A stretch of DNA of 43,996 nt from Trichinella spiralis (taxonomy: Eukaryota), in contig NW_003526945.1 of NCBI RefSeq assembly GCF_000181795.1, positions 1,833,836 to 1,877,831 of the forward strand. The letters run 5' to 3'. Shown one piece after another: positions 40,869-43,996 of this stretch; position 1 is the stretch's first letter; each line of letters opens with the position of its first letter. The notes below the pieces were generated by a model. The model was not told the DNA's origin. It ran no database searches and worked only from the letters and a program-made list of their open reading frames with translations. A program made the position numbers and the translations under genes.

Positions 40869-41301
40869 TCAAAATTACTTCAATCAAATTTAATGATAAA
40901 GCTGAAAAAGTTGAATTCTGATAGCAGTCAAAAAATGGTTCAGTTTAACAATTACGTTCATAAAGTAAAACAAATAAAATTGAATAAAACTGAAATAATG
41001 ACAACAGTGCAAAATTATACCATATTAAATTGCTGCAATAAATAAATGTTTTAAAATATTTGAAGGAGACGAGATACAACAGGGGGAAAAAGCAAGACAA
41101 TGGATAAGAGAACAAAATGACTATGTTACTTATAAGGGTATAAAGGGGAGGTACAGGATAAAGTTTCTGCATAAATATTAATAAAAAAGAATTTTATGCT
41201 TTATTATCAAGATCGCAGGTTTCATTTCCGCTCCCATCGTTCCCATAAAAATCAGAACACTATGTAACCTTTTTTGGCAAAATCCCCACAAATACGCTTT
41301 T

Positions 41302-41311
41302 NNNNNNNNNN
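41302..41311. other. Assembly gap (10 N)
   Basis: Run of n characters. Confidence 1.
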
Positions 41312-43996
41312 TTTCATGATCAGTATAAATATGGCAGTGGAAAGGTTGCAAAGTGGAAATGATAGTTAGATGGGCCATTTGGTGTGTTTATTCAACGCAC
41401 TAGTCGGATTTTTGTTTCAGATGTTGAAATAGAAAAGTATACAATGTACACTAAATGTATAAATAAATTTTTTTTGTTTGTAAATAATATTGCAGATTTT
41501 TAATTTTTTATTTAAATAAAATATACGAAGGAAAACAATAACTTGGGTGAACAGGGGCAAAAGAAACATTGGAAAGATTAAAGATAAAATTCGTTTTCAA
41601 ACCAGAAAAATTTTCAGACATTAAGCGCGTCATAGTGAAAACCATTGAGAAGTGGGACAGAAATTTGCGTATGATAAAGTAGGCAGAGTTTTTGGAAAAA
41701 TAGGTGCAAAATAGCGAAGCCGTGGAAAGGAAATGCATTTGTGGCGACTACTGGAAAATTGTATCTGTTAATCAGATTGACCTTTTTGTTGTTGCTGACG
41801 AGGGAATGTGAAGCTTGGCAAAAAATCATTGGACGTCTCGTTGTTCGCAAACAAGCACAAAAGGCAAAAATGACAAACGACATTAAAATATATCTGGAAT
41901 TCAGGCATGAATCACAAAGCAATAAATTAAAAGTATATGAAAATCTTCAGGTATTGATGCAACTGATGATAGCCGGCTTGGCTGCACCACGGTCAGTAAT
42001 GACGTGATTCCAGCAGACAGTTTTATCTTACATGAGCACAGAATACAAAGCATAAAAAGGAAATATAACAGATAAAATGAGGAAAAGTAAAAGCATCATT
42101 TAATATAAAGTTAAAGCATAGTTCAGAAATAAAATCATGGAAAGGTAATCGATAATTAGATATACAGTAATATACATTATTTAAATTGAAAATTAACGAT
42201 AAGAAGGTTGCTAAGTAATACACAAATGAGAGAAATGCAAAGACTGTATCCATAGTTATTATTTTATTACAGTGCTGTTCGATAAACGGGGCGATGCGTA
42301 ACTAAGATGCGAAGGCAAGATGCTACATTCAGGTGAAAATTTAATACTGAAACTTATTTTCCTGTTGTTTTGCTATGAATGCATCTATATTTAAGTATTT
42401 GAGCAATATTCAATATGAAGATGCGTAAAACTTGAAATACTTTTAGAGCAGAATTCTCAGTTACATATTGTTGAACGTTGAAGGTTTTCAACAAATCCAT
42501 ATTTCAATTTGCTATTTTAGGTAATCGTCTAGATTTAATTGGAGAAGACGATAAAATTTTCAATTTACACTTGCTTATGGCATTCAATATCATTTTCAAC
42601 TTAAAAGGTCAAATATCACTAAGCGTATAGTGTTATCTATTATGCAGAACATAAAAATACCGTTTTCATACAGAAATTGTTTACAATTTAATTTTATTAT
42701 CACTTTATATTGTTTTTTAAATTTTGCACCATGAAGACATTAGATAAATCAAAATTTTTATATAGTTAATTATGCTTGGCATAGATCGTAACCAGTGTGC
42801 TCAATCATTGTTTATTTTTTGTTGACATCATGTTCTAATTTATATTAGAGTAGCATATCCAACTTACGTAAGCCGGCGTTTACCGCTACGTGCGCAGTGT
42901 CTGTCTTTTATGCAAATTGGGCGGTTTGAAAATTAACTTCGTATTAGCAGAGCGCCAGTTAAATAGACTATGTTGACTAACATTGGCATCGACCGCAATG
43001 TTTGCTCGATCTATTTTTGCTTTAAATACTGAGTAAAGTGTGTTCTTAGATATAGAGGAATCTTATCTTTTCAAACAAAGGCGTGGTGCACTTTCAATTT
43101 AAATTTGCATTTCAATTTGTTTGCTTTTGAGCTTATGCGTGGCCTGCATAATATTTGTTCAACGAAATGAAATACGTTTCATACTTGTTAATCAATAGAA
43201 ATGAACTTTATGTAAATTTTCCTGAGGCTACTATTAGTTGCTCTAGAAACTCATTTCAAATGATTGTAGGCGACGGTGTGCGGCGAATGAACAACGGCGT
43301 TTTCAATACGATGACAGACGAAGAAGAACAATAAAAACGGCTTTGTTTTTTATTTATTATAAAATTATTTCATTGAATTAATTCTTCTACATTTAGATAC
43401 AGAAGAATAGAAGATGAAAATGGACGTCCAAGAGGACGAGGGTAAGTTCGGTAAGTATAATTCTTTGAGTTAGGCTAATTAGTTAAAGTTCACTGAGGAG
43501 TTCTTGAGTCTGTAATTTATATAAATTCGAGCTGTAAGTTATTGAGTATTTAATTCAGATGTTTGTTAATTAGAGTAATTGGATGTAGATCATGAGTATT
43601 ATTATAATTAATTTGAGTGGCTTTCCGCATTTGAACGTTTTCATGTCCCATGCCTTGTCGAGTTGAGTTTAGGGTTCATTTGCGGAAAGTGAAATGGTTG
43701 CATAATTTGTCGATCATTTCAAAGGACAATTTTTGAGCATAGTGAGTTTTCAGCACTGCTATAGTTTGAGTATTAGAATAAGTAATTGTTTGAGAATAGC
43801 AGTGCAAGGATAGGAGGAATGTGAGATAGGGTGGTGTGCATGAGTTCGACGGCATGTACTGCACGACCCCATCCTAACCGTAGTAAATGATCATTATCCA
43901 TATTTTCTAAGTGCACCTCTTCCTCTCACGGCTGCTAAACAAACGCCTGTCGCCATGCTCGGATCCCAAAATAGTAATATATAGCTGGGTTTTTTT

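Overview
AT-rich, intron-dense eukaryotic DNA, most likely a nematode: it has a cuticlin gene, many short introns of about 50-90 nt with TTTCAG/TTTTAG acceptors, and many microsatellites. The style suggests a Trichinella-like clade I species, but that is inference. Genes reconstructed by hand: first exon of a small single-TM protein (-), XRN2 (-, about 25 exons), a p110alpha-like class I PI3K catalytic subunit (+, essentially one 3.8 kb GC-rich exon), U2SURP/SR140 (-), an Arg-rich orphan two-exon gene with a 21-bp repeat (+), WDR61/Ski8 (-), a neurocalcin/hippocalcin-type calcium sensor (-), a TMEM200-like protein (-) and a cuticlin ZP protein (+). Mobile DNA: a candidate solo LTR with a 4-bp target-site duplication and a roughly 730-bp foldback/MITE in the cuticlin intron. 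I found no prokaryote-type system such as CRISPR or a defence island. The most interesting items are the almost intronless PI3K with large low-complexity inserts and natural substitutions at PIK3CA hotspot positions, the orphan basic protein behind E2F/CHR-like motifs, three GC-AG introns, and the two mobile elements.
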